From an uncultured Chloroflexia bacterium (GTDB lineage: Bacteria > Chloroflexota > Limnocylindria > Limnocylindrales > CSP1-4): a DNA stretch of 64,000 bases. Location: assembly GCA_963817745.1 (NCBI GenBank), contig CAWFPC010000010.1:34170-98169 (forward strand), read 5' to 3'. Numbering within the stretch: the first letter of the stretch is position 1; every line of letters starts with the position of its first letter. Under the pieces are notes generated by a model. The model had not been told where the DNA came from and searched no databases. It saw only the letters and a list, made by a program, of their open reading frames with translations. A program made the position numbers and the translations under genes. This document shows positions 35,562-45,545 of the stretch, one piece after another.

Positions 35562-37779
35562 TCACGACCCGCTCGCCGGCTCCGCGGCGGCGAGACCGCG
35601 CAGCCAGCCACCGGCCAGCTCCGCGGCGAGTCCTGCGAGGTCGGCGCGGTCGGGATCCAGGACGCCACGCTCGTCCAGCAACCGCTCCGCGTGATCGCGC
35701 GCGCGGACCGCCAGCGCCTGGTGATCCGGCCGGGTCAGCGAGGCACGCGCAGGTTCGGCAGCCCGCTCTGGGCGAACCCGAGCACGTCCCCCTCGCGTCG
35801 CAGCTCGAAGTCGCGCTCGGCGAGCTCGAAGCCGTCGCGCAGCTCGGCCACCGCGGTCAGCCGGGCACGCGCGACCTCGTCGACGGCATCCGACACGAGC
35901 ACGCAATAGGACTCGACCGTGCCGCGGCCGACCCGGCCGCGAAGCTGGTGGAGCTGCGCCAGTCCGAATCGATCGGCGTTCTGGACGATCATCATCGTCG
36001 CGGCCGGTACGTCGACGCCCACCTCGACCACGGTCGTGCCGACGAGCACGTCGAGGTCGCCGTCGCGGAAGCGGGTCATCTCCGCGTCGCGATCGACCGG
36101 CTTCATGCGGCCGTGGACGAGGCCGACCCGGAGCGGCGCCAGGAGCTCGGTCAGGCGCGTGGCCTCCGTCTCCGCGGCGACCGAGCTCGAGCTGCTCCCG
36201 TCGTCGGCCCCGTCGCTCCCCTCCTCGATGAGCGGCACGACGACGAACGTCCGATGCCCGGCCGCGGCCTCGTCGCGCACCTTGCGCCAGGTCGCGTCGA
36301 GGTCGTCGGGGCGGCGGATGCCCGTCCGGATCGGCACGCGACCCGAGGGCGGCGTACGCAGATCGGACACGTCGAGATCGGCGTACAGGACCTGGCCGAG
36401 CGTGCGCGGGATCGGCGTCGCCGTCATCAACAGCACGTGCGGCGCGCCGCCGCCGGCCTTGGCTTCCAGCTGGCCGCGCTGCTCGACGCCGAACCGGTGC
36501 TGCTCGTCGATGACCGCGAGACCGAGCCGCGCGAAGGTCACCGCCTCCTGGAACAGGGCGTGCGTCCCGACGACGACCGACGCCTGCCCGGACCGGATCG
36601 CCTCGAGGGCGCGCGTTCGCTCCGCGGCCTTCAACGAACCCGCGAGCAGCAGCACGTCGACCCCGACATCGGCCAGCAGCGCACCGACGGTCTCGAGGTG
36701 CTGGCGCGCCAGGAGATCGGTCGGGGCGAGCAGCGCGCCCTGGAAGCCGGCGCGCGCGGCGGCCGCCAGGGCGTACGCCGCGACCGCGGTCTTGCCCGAG
36801 CCGACATCGCCCTGCAGCAGGCGCAGCATCGGGGTCGACGCCGCGACATCGTCCCGGATCCGGGTCATGGCGGCGGCCTGGTCGTCGGTCAGCTCGACCG
36901 GTCGGCCGACGCGTCGCGTGAGCGCGTCCACGAGCGCCCCGCGGATCGCGTGCGTCGGTCGGGTCATCGAGCGGGATCGCCGTCGCCCGATCGCGGCCGC
37001 GCGCCCGACGCCGCCCGACCATGCCGAGCTGCAAGCGCGAGCAGCTCGTCGAAGGCGAGACGGCGCAGCGCCTCGTCGCGGGACTCGAAGGACGGTGGGT
37101 AATGGGCCGACTCCAGGGCCGTCGCGATCCCCTCCAGCGATTCCTCGGATCGCACCGCCGCGGGCAGGTACTCGGGATACGCGTGGCCGGCCCGGTCCAG
37201 CGCCTCGCGCATCGCCACGCGCAGGCGCGCGGCGGTCAGTCCGGCCGTCAGGCGGTAGACCGGCACGATCCGGCCGGCCATGAGCACGTCGCCATCCCCC
37301 TCGATCGCCTGGAACTCGGGGTTGTCGATCGTCAGGTCGCGCCCGAACCGCTTCAGCCGGCCGGACACCACGATCTCGTCGCCGGGGTGCAGGCGCCGCT
37401 CGATGTAGCGGCGACCGAACCAGGTCGCCTTGACGCTGCCGGTGTCGTCCTCCAGCCGCGCGACGGTGCGCTGGACGCGGCGGCGGAACGTCGGCTCGAC
37501 GTGCAGGTCGGCGACGCGGACGCGGGCCGAGACGACGGTCCCCTCCTCCGTCCAGACCAGGTCGCCGAGGCGTTGCAGCTCGCGGAGGTCGTCGTACCGC
37601 CGCGGCAGGTGGAAGAGCAGGTCGCGGACCGTGTACCAGTCGAGCCGGATGCCGGCACGACGCAGGGTCGCCGCCGCGCCGAGCCCGGACCTGGCCAGCG
37701 GGGTGCCGAGCAGCTCGACCGGGTCGCTGGGTGGCGGCGGGGCGGCCGGTGGCTTGGGGGTGACCGCGCTGCGCGCCAT
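35562..37779 (-). CDS. recG: ATP-dependent DNA helicase RecG, frameshifted
   Basis: LLFHLPRRYDD, RLLQGDVGSGKT, DEQHRFGV, MTATPIPRTL, QLHQLRGRVGR. Confidence 0.97.
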
Positions 37780-37787
37780 GGGCCGCC

Positions 37788-39544
37788 TTACTCGGCCGCG
37801 ATCAGGTACCGGTAGAACGGCTGACCGCCGTGCCGCACCTCGATCTCGATGCCGGGCACGATCGCCCCGATCTTGCGCGCCATCGATTCGGTCTCCGCGA
37901 GGTCCGCCCCGTCACCGTAGAACAGGGTGACGAGCTCGAAGCCCGGCTCGAGCGCCGTCATGGCCGCCAGCACGCACCGTTCCCGGTCGCCGTCGACCGC
38001 GATGAGCCCGTCGTCCGGATCGAGCGCGATGGTCTGGCCGCGCTTGACCTTCCTGCCGCCGATCGTGGCGTCGCGGACCGCCTCCGTCACCACGACCGTC
38101 TGGACGGCGCGGGCCGATTCGGTCATCGGCGCGACGTTGGCGCTCGCATCGAGGGTCGGATCGAGCGCCAGCAGCGCGGCAAAGCCCTCGGCGGCGTTGC
38201 GGGTCGGGACGACGGACACCGGCCGGTCGGTCATCGACGCGACCTGGCGCGCCGCGAGCACGACGTTGGGGTTGTTCGGCAGGACGAGGACCTCGCGGGC
38301 ATCCACGGAGCGGACCGCCTCGAGCAGCTCCCCGGTGCTCGGGTTGGCCGACTGGCCCCCCTGGACGACGGCGGCGACGCCGAAGTCGCGGAAGATCGCC
38401 GCGAGGCCCTCGCCGGCGGTCACGGCGATGACCGCGAGGGCCGGGCGCCGGCGTGGCGGCGACCGGATCCATCGGTGCGTGGCCGTCGGTCGGCGCCCCG
38501 GAACCGGACGTGGATGCGCGTGCCACGCGCCACGGGGGCACCGGCCGCTGCGACCGCGTCCCCGCCGTCGGCCCCCGACGTGCCCGTGAACGCGGCGGCC
38601 CGTGTCTCGCGGACGTCGCGGGCCTGGTTGTCGAGGTTCTCGACACTGATGCGGCTCAACGAACCGACCGTCAACCCGTAGCCGATGACCAGGTCGGGTC
38701 GCTCGTTGTGGACGTGGACCTTGAGCGCCCGGCCGTCGCCCGCCACGAGCACCGATTCGCCGATCGATTCGAGGTGGTCGCGGATGGCGTCGACGTCCAG
38801 CGGCTGTCGGCCGGCCGCCTGGAGCAGGAACATCGTCTCGTAGCCGAATCCCTCGTCGGCATGGGCGACCAGGGTCGATGGTTTCGGGCCGCCGGCGGCC
38901 GGTCGGCGCGACGCCGCCACCGGCGTCTGGCCGACGAGGTGGAGCAGCGCCCCCTGGAACAGCCGGTAGAGGCCCTGGCCGCCCGAATCCACGACGCCGG
39001 CCTCGCGCAGGATCGCGAGCAGGCTCGGCGTCCGCGCGACCGACTTCTCGGCGGCGTCCAGGGTCGCCCCGAGGACGACCTCGATGTCGTTGTCGCGCTC
39101 GGCGGCGACGACCGCGGCCGCAGCCGACTCGCGGATGACGGTCAGGATCGTGCCCTCGACGGGCTTCGCGACCGCGCCGTAGGCGGTCTTCGCCCCCTCG
39201 GACAGGGCATGCGCCAGGTCGAGCCCGTTGAACCGCTGCTTGCCGCCGAGGCCCTCGGCCATGCCCCGGAAGATCTGGCTGGTGATGACCCCGGAATTGC
39301 CGCGCGCGCCCATCAGCGCCCCGAAGCTGATCGCGGCGGCGATCCGTTCGGCCGGCTGGCCCTCGACCGCCTCCGCTTCGTCCAGCGCCGCCTTCACCGT
39401 GGCGAGCATGTTGGAACCCGTGTCGCCGTCGGGCACCGGATACACGTTGAGGCTGTTCACCTCGTCGACGTGGGCCTCGAGGTTGGCCACCGCCGCGCGG
39501 AACGCGGCGAGCAGACCCGCGCCATCGCATGCCCGTCGGGCCAT
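37788..39544 (-). CDS. fakA: DAK2-domain fatty acid kinase subunit FakA (YloV), frameshifted
   Basis: LNVYPVPDGDTGSNM, GARGNSGVI, KPVEGTILTV, VVDSGG, GGQSANPS, GGQPFYRYLIAAE. Confidence 0.92.
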
Positions 39545-39965
39545 CTAGGCGACGTCCGTACCGCTGTCCGCGAGATCCCGTGGTCGGATGGCGTGGGGTT
39601 CGGCCGGCAGCGGCGGAGCGGTGCCCGATGGCTGGACGCGCAACCCGTCGACGTGGATGACGAGCCGCCGCACGTCCTGCGTCGAGCGCGCGGCGGACGG
39701 CGTAGCGGACCGCCGAGTCGACCTGGCGCGCCACCTCGGCCACCGGCACGCCAAGCGCGATCGTCAGATCGAGCTCGATCTCGATCCCGTCGTCCAGCCG
39801 GATCGCGATCCCGGGATCGGCGAATCCCAGCCGGGCGGCAAGCCGGCTGAGGGGATCGCCGGCGAGTCCGGCCACGCCGTACGATCCGAGCGTCGCCGTT
39901 CGGACGATGTCGACGAGCGCGCGACGGGTGACGAGCGAGCGACCGGGTGTGGGTCGGATGGCCAC
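39545..39965 (-). CDS. Asp23/Gls24 family protein (YloU-like), frameshifted
   Basis: GSYGVAGL, GIEIELDLTIALGVPVAEVARQV..AVRYAV, IHVDGLRV; rpmB/yloU/yloV synteny. Confidence 0.85.
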
Positions 39966-40052
39966 GCGGGCTGGGTCCTCCTCGCGGGTGGCGGATCGGG
40001 CGCTGGTCGGCGCGTGCGAGCGTCGCGGCCTCCGCCCAGGGGCAGCCGGACC

Positions 40053-40065
40053 GTGTGCTATCATA
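40053..40065. promoter_or_regulatory. Overlapping divergent -10 hexamers for rpmB and asp23-fakA
   Basis: Plus strand TGC-TATCAT (40056-40064); minus strand TATGAT (40060-40065). Confidence 0.5.
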
Positions 40066-40126
40066 CCGCCCCGCCTGGGCCTGACCGGCCCACGCACCCC
40101 ATCACCTTCGACCCTGAGGACCACGC

Positions 40127-40324
40127 ATGGCCCGCTCCTGTGCGATCTGCGGCAAGACTTCGATGGGCGGCTTCAACCCGCAGTCGTCGGGGATGAACCG
40201 CGTTCGAGCCCACCGCCGCATGCAGCCGAACCTCCAGCCGCTCGTCATCGAGCAGAAGGGCGCACCGACGAAGGCGCTCGTCTGCACCCGCTGCCGGCGC
40301 ACGCTGCTCAAGTCGGCGAAGTAA
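40127..40324 (+). CDS. rpmB: 50S ribosomal protein L28 (Zn-ribbon form)
   Basis: MARSCAICGK...RRMQPNLQ...VCTRCRR; GAGGA RBS; divergent from asp23-fakA. Confidence 0.93.
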   Translation: MARSCAICGKTSMGGFNPQSSGMNRVRAHRRMQPNLQPLVIEQKGAPTKALVCTRCRRTLLKSAK

Positions 40325-40365
40325 CCCCCGGCCGGCCACCGCCGGCATCCCGCCTCGAACCATCG

Positions 40366-40396
40366 ACCGGTCGTCACGCGACGGCCGGTTCTTCGT
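40366..40396 (+). terminator. Probable intrinsic terminator after rpmB
   Basis: ACCGGTCGTC-ACGC-GACGGCCGGT hairpin followed by TCTTCGT, between convergent rpmB and dtd. Confidence 0.6.
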
Positions 40397-40403
40397 GTGC
40401 GCG

Positions 40404-40850
40404 TCAGCGGTCGGCGCTGTCGAGCCAGATCGTGAACGGACCGTCGTTGACGAGCTCGACCGCCATCTCCGCCCCGAACCGCCCGGTCGCGACGCGCACG
40501 CCGAGGGCCTCGAGGGCCGCCACGAACCGGCCGTAGAGTCGTTCGGCCTGCTCCGGCGGTGCCGCTCCGGTGAACCCGGGGCGGCGGCCACGCCGCGTGT
40601 CGGCGTAGAGCGTGAACTGCGAGATCGCGAGCACCTCGCCCGCGACCTCGAGCAGCGACACGTTCGTCCGGCCTTCGGCGTCGCGGAAGATGCGCAGCTC
40701 CGCGGTGCGACGAGCCAGCGCGTCGGCGATCGCCTCGTCGTCGTCGGGTCCGACGCCCAGGAGGACCACGAGGCCCGGGCCGATCTCGCCCACGACCGCA
40801 CCCTCCACCCGGACCGAGGCGCCGGTCGTGCGCTGGAGGAGTGCCCTCAC
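40404..40850 (-). CDS. dtd: D-aminoacyl-tRNA deacylase
   Basis: RALLQR, LRIF, SQFTLYAD..RGRRPGF, GRFGAEMAVELVNDGPFTI. Confidence 0.97.
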   Translation of the reverse strand: MRALLQRTTGASVRVEGAVVGEIGPGLVVLLGVGPDDDEAIADALARRTAELRIFRDAEGRTNVSLLEVAGEVLAISQFTLYADTRRGRRPGFTGAAPPEQAERLYGRFVAALEALGVRVATGRFGAEMAVELVNDGPFTIWLDSADR

Positions 40851-41829
40851 CCGCTCGCCGCGGCGTCGGCCGGGTACCCGTCGCGCCACGCCGCCGCGTC
40901 GGTCAGCGCCCGCTCGCGATCGGCGCTGTGGCGCTCCACCACGACCGCCTCCACCGTGGCCGGCACGAGCAGGTCGTAGTCGCGCACGCCGTCCGGGTTG
41001 ATCTGGCCCGAGCCGCGCAGCATCACGACCGGGATCCCGCCCGCCTCGATCACGGCGGACAGACCCTTGGCGATGTGCTTCGGCAACGACACGAACGTGA
41101 CCATGCGATCGCGCGGGATCGGCGGGACGCCGTCGTTGCGCTCGTACTGGAAGCCCTCGTCGGCGAGGGTGCGGATCAGGCGGACCTCGCGCGCCATGTC
41201 GCGCCCGCGCACGAACAGTGCGGACCCGACGACCAGGACGTCCGCGCCGAGGCCACCGACGATCTCGGCGGTCTCGCGGTTCACCCCGCCGTCGACATGG
41301 ATCTCGCCGCCGTACGACTTGTGGCGCAGCAGGTCGCGCGCCCCGAAGGCCTTGGCCTCCAGCACGTCGCGCATGAAGGTCTGCCCGCCGAACCCGGGCT
41401 CCACGGTCATGATCATCACGATATCGAGCAGCGGTGCGTACGGCTCCAGGGCCGACAGCGGGCGTCGCCGGCTTGACCGCGAGACCGGCCGCCCGGCCCG
41501 CCGCGCGGATCGCGCGGAGCGTCGGTTCGATCGGCTCGTCGATCTCGACGTGGAACGTGATCGAATTCGCAGCCCGCGTCGAGGAACTCGTCGATATAGC
41601 GGCCCGGCTCGCTGATCATGAGGTGGGCATCGAACGGGACCTCCGTGCGCGGTCGGAGGTGCTTGATGGTCTTGGGGCCGAACGTGAGGTTCGGCACGAA
41701 ATGCCCGTCCATCACGTCGAGATGGACGCGGTCGGCTCCCGCCGCGTCGACGCGGCGCACGGCATGCCCGAGGTTGGACAGGTCGGCATCCAGGATGCTC
41801 GCCGCGATCCGCGCCCGACCGACACCCAC
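40847..41829 (-). CDS. rpe: Ribulose-phosphate 3-epimerase with extra C-terminal domain, frameshifted internally
   Basis: ASILDAD, HLDVMDGHFVPNLTFG, DAHLMI, MTVEPGFGGQ, VDGGVN, LVVGSALF, then about 100 further in-frame residues. Confidence 0.93.
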
Positions 41830-41832
41830 GCC

Positions 41833-43045
41833 CTAGTCGCCCGACACGATCGGGGCGGGCTCGTCGCTCCGTTCGCCGCGCAGGGCGGCGGCGCTCGCGG
41901 TGACGAGCCGTTCGCGGCGGCGCGCGACGGCCGGCGCCGGGGGCTCCCCTGCCCGCTCCGCCGCCAGCTGACCGCACGCGGCGCCGACCTCCTGGCCGCG
42001 GTTTCGCCGGATCGTCGTCTGGATGCCGGCATCGCGCAGGACCGTCGCGAAGTCCTCGATGACCGGCATCGGGCTCGCGGACCACGGGGTGTGGGCGACC
42101 GGGTTCATCGGGATCAGGTTGACGTGGGCGTGGTCGCCCGCCAGCAGGTCGGCCAGCGCGTGCGCGTCGACGTCGGTGTCGTTCACCCCGCCGATCATCG
42201 TGTATTCGTAGCTGATCCGTCGGCCGGTGGTGGCGGCGTGCTCCCGCGCGGCATCGACCACCTCCGCGACCGGCCACCGCCGGTTGAGCGGCACGAGCAC
42301 GTCCCGCAGCGCGTCGCGCGCGGCGTGCAACGAGACCGCCAGCGTGAACTGCGGTCCGAGCGCGGTCAGCCGCCGGATCCCGGGGACGACGCCGGACGTG
42401 GAGACCGTGATGTGCCGCGCCCCGAGGCCGAACCGATGCCGATCGTTGAGTGCCTCGACCGCGGCGAGCACGCGGTCCAGGTTGAGCAGCGGCTCGCCCA
42501 TGCCCATGAACACGATGTTCGTGAGGCGCTTGCCGTCCGCCGCGAGGCGGCGCGCCGCGCCGCGCACCTGGTCGACGATCTCGGCGGTCTCGAGGTCGCG
42601 CCCGAACCCGAGCTCACCCGTGGCGCAGAACGGGCAGCCGACCGCGCAGCCGGCCTGGCTCGAGATGCACAGCGTGTGGCGTTCGCGCGACACCCCGCGC
42701 GCCGGGTAGTGCATGAGCACCGACTCGATGAGCGCGCCATCGTCGAGGCGATGGAGGGCCTTCTCGGTGAGGCCGCCGTCCGCGACGGTCAGCTCCGTGT
42801 CGCTGACGGTATCGAGGCGGAACGCGCCGTCGAGCGCCTCGCGCAGGTCGGCCGGCAGCGTGCGGATCATCGAGGCGTCGGTCACGCCACCGTCGGCCCA
42901 CAGCGCGTCCGCGATCTGGCGCACGCGGTAGGCCGGGCTGTCCCTGGTCGCGCACCCACGCCGCGAGCTCGTCGGGGGTCAGTCCCGAAAGACCCGGTCG
43001 CAGCGCGTCATCAGTCACCTGGTCGATGCTACGCCCACCGGTCAC
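41833..43045 (-). CDS. rlmN: Dual-specificity RNA methyltransferase RlmN (radical SAM), frameshift near 5' end
   Basis: CISSQAGCAVGCPFCATG, VFMGMGEP, VSLHA, VNLIPMN, GAACGQL. Confidence 0.96.
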
Positions 43046-43999
43046 GGGCCAGGGTCGACCCGGCTGCCGACGATCGCCGGGTGGCCGCGCACGTAGTCGT
43101 CCCACGACATGCGCTTGCCGCCGGCCGGCTGGACCTCCACGAGCCACAGCCGCTCTCCGTCCCCGACGCCGAGACCCCGGGCGTCGAAGGTGCCCTGGTC
43201 GAGGCCGTCGGCGGCCCCGACGCTGGCGGACCAGACCACGAGGCGACCCAGCGGCGTGTCGACGTACGAGCCCGGCCACGGCTGGTACGCGCGCACCTGT
43301 CGCTCGAGGAGCGTCGCAGGCTTCGCGGGGTCGAGGCGGCCGTCGTCCCGGCGCAGAGGGCGGGTCAGCGTCGCGCCCTCGGCTGGTTGCGGATCGGGCC
43401 TCGAGCTCGCCGGCAAGCCACGGCCCGAGACTGCGCTCCAGCAGGCCATCGGCCTCCAGCTCGAGGACGTCCTCGAGCAGCGGCGTCGTCTCGTTGCCCG
43501 CGAGCGGGATCGTCGTCCGGGCGACGATCGGCCCGGTGTCGAGGCCGGCGTCCATCCGCATCAGCGTCACGCCGGTCTCCGTGTCGCCGGCGAGGATCGC
43601 GGCGGGGATCGGCGTCGCGCCGCGGTGGCGCGGCAGCAGCGAGGGATGGAGGTTGAGCGCGCCGTGGCGGACGTCCAGCAGGGCCGGCGGCACGATCTGG
43701 CCGTAATCGGCGAGGACGACGAGCTCGGGGTCGAGCGCAAGGACGGCGCCGATGGACTCGGGCGCCCGCAGTCGATCGGGGGTGAGGATCGTGCGGATGC
43801 CGAGCTCCTCGGCGGCATCGGCGATGATCGTGGTCCGCGGCCGCTGGCCGCGACCCGCGGCACGTGGCGGCGCCGTCACGACGCCGACGAGATCGATGTC
43901 ATCGCGGCCCTCGAGCCGCCAGAGGCTCTCCCGTCCGAATGCGCCACTCCCCAGGAACACGGTCCGGACCCGAGCCGCACCGGGCGCCCGGTCCGTCAC
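43042..43999 (-). CDS. fmt: Methionyl-tRNA formyltransferase, frameshifted
   Basis: VFLGS, YGQIVP, NLHPSLLPRHRGATPI, GVTLMRMDAGLDTG, VRAYQPWPG. Confidence 0.96.
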
Positions 44000-44511
44000 G
44001 CCAGGGCGCCAGTCGCCTCGCGGACCTCGGCGTCGTCCTCGTTGCCCTCGCCGACCGCCATGAGCTCATCCATCGACTCGAGATAGTCGATGTAGAGCTT
44101 GCCGTCGAGATGATCGAGCTCGTGCTGGAGCGCTCGACCGAGCAGGCCCGATCCCGCGACCCGGATCTTCCGTCCGTGGCGGTCCTGGGCGACGACCCAG
44201 ACCCGCTCGCGTCGCGTGACGTAGGCGACGTAGCCCGGGATCGACAGACAGCCCTCGAGGTCGCGGTCGTCTCCGGTCGAGCGGACGATCTTCGGGTTCA
44301 CGAGCTCATAGAGCTGGCTTTCGACCTCGATCACGCACGCCTGCATCGCCTCGCCGAGCTGCGGCGCCGCAAGCCCGACCCCGGGCGCGTCGCGCATGGT
44401 GTGGGCGAGGTCGTCGAGGAGCTCGTGGAGGTACTTGCCGAAGCTGTCGACCGGCCTGCCCTTCAGGCGCAGGCGCGGGTCGCCGAGCATGACGATGGGT
44501 CGGACGCTCAT
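43996..44511 (-). CDS. def: Peptide deformylase
   Basis: GVGLAAPQLG, EGCLSIPG, QHELDHLDG. Confidence 0.98.
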   Translation of the reverse strand: MSVRPIVMLGDPRLRLKGRPVDSFGKYLHELLDDLAHTMRDAPGVGLAAPQLGEAMQACVIEVESQLYELVNPKIVRSTGDDRDLEGCLSIPGYVAYVTRRERVWVVAQDRHGRKIRVAGSGLLGRALQHELDHLDGKLYIDYLESMDELMAVGEGNEDDAEVREATGALA

Positions 44512-44569
44512 GGCTGCGAAGTATATGAGTGGGTGCCTGCCGTCGGTGCGGGCGTCCCCGCGCGGGCGA

Positions 44570-45127
44570 TCAGGCCGGACGTGTCGCGTCGGTGGCGTTG
44601 GCCGAGGCCGCGTCGGCCTGGCGGTCGGCGTCGGCCGCAGCGGCGTCGGCGACGTCAGCCGTCGCCGGCCCTGCCGTCCCGACCGGGCCACCTGCGCCAC
44701 CGTGGCCGGCCGGGTCGTCCGTGCCGGAGACGGACGCATGCAGGTCGGATGCCCACCCGCGCGACTTCTCGGCGAGCTTGCCGCTGGCGTCGGCGGTCGC
44801 GTCGCCTGCCTTCCGGGCGATCGGGGCGGCCTTGTCGGCGGCGGTCGCGACGAGCTCCGCGGCGTTCGCGCCGAACTCGCGAACGGCGGGTGTCGCGCGT
44901 TCGACGAGGTCATCGATGGCGTCGCGCAGGGACTCGAGGAACCCCTGGCCGGCGGACGACGCGCCGTTGGCGGGGTCACCCCAGCCTCCGGACGACGTGC
45001 CCGATGCCCGGCTGCCCGAGCCGGGATCGCCGGATGCGGGACCGCCTGCTGCGGGGTCGGCGCCAACGCCCGGATCAGGTCTCGGCGTGGTCGGCTGGTC
45101 GGGCGACGGGGTCGTCGGGTCGGTCAT
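44570..45127 (-). CDS. Hypothetical low-complexity protein with a central amphipathic helical segment
   Basis: Open frame with host-like codon use; GAGGAG upstream; core FLESLRDAIDDLVERATPAVREFGANAAELVATAADKA. Confidence 0.6.
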   Translation of the reverse strand: MTDPTTPSPDQPTTPRPDPGVGADPAAGGPASGDPGSGSRASGTSSGGWGDPANGASSAGQGFLESLRDAIDDLVERATPAVREFGANAAELVATAADKAAPIARKAGDATADASGKLAEKSRGWASDLHASVSGTDDPAGHGGAGGPVGTAGPATADVADAAAADADRQADAASANATDATRPA

Positions 45128-45282
45128 GGCGATGCGTCTCCTCGGTGGCTCGGACGCGCATGGTCGCACGAACGGCGTTGCGAGGTCATGCGTGACATCC
45201 GTCCCGGGTGGACCCTCGGCGTATCATCGCGACGGGAGCGCCCGCGGATCGGGCGAGCCCGAGCCTCCGAGGAGGACCTGAC

Positions 45283-45534
45283 ATGGCCGACACCTGGACG
45301 TTCGCGGACCTCGATGCCGATCAGCTCGCCCTCGTCACCGAAGCGGAACGGACCCTCGACGCGGACATCGTGATGGTCTACCGCGAGGGTCGCTGGAGCT
45401 CGGTCGATGCGGAGACCGTCGCCGCCGAGGGCCTCCGGGCGGAACCGCTCGAGGACTCGCAGCTCGAGTGCCTCCAGGGGCTCGAGCAGATCGTCGGCGG
45501 CGTCGCAGTGGCCTACCGGCGCACGACCGACTGA
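45283..45534 (+). CDS. Small (83 aa) hypothetical protein made of two internal repeats
   Basis: GAGGAGG RBS, TATCAT upstream at about 45222; two similar Lx3QLx6Ex6-7Y units. Confidence 0.75.
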   Translation: MADTWTFADLDADQLALVTEAERTLDADIVMVYREGRWSSVDAETVAAEGLRAEPLEDSQLECLQGLEQIVGGVAVAYRRTTD

Positions 45535-45545
45535 GCCGGCGCCGG

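Noticed and set aside
41833-43045. Radical SAM methyltransferase as the Cfr resistance enzyme
   Set aside because: Motifs and the core def-fmt-rlmN-rpe context fit housekeeping RlmN; no mobile context.
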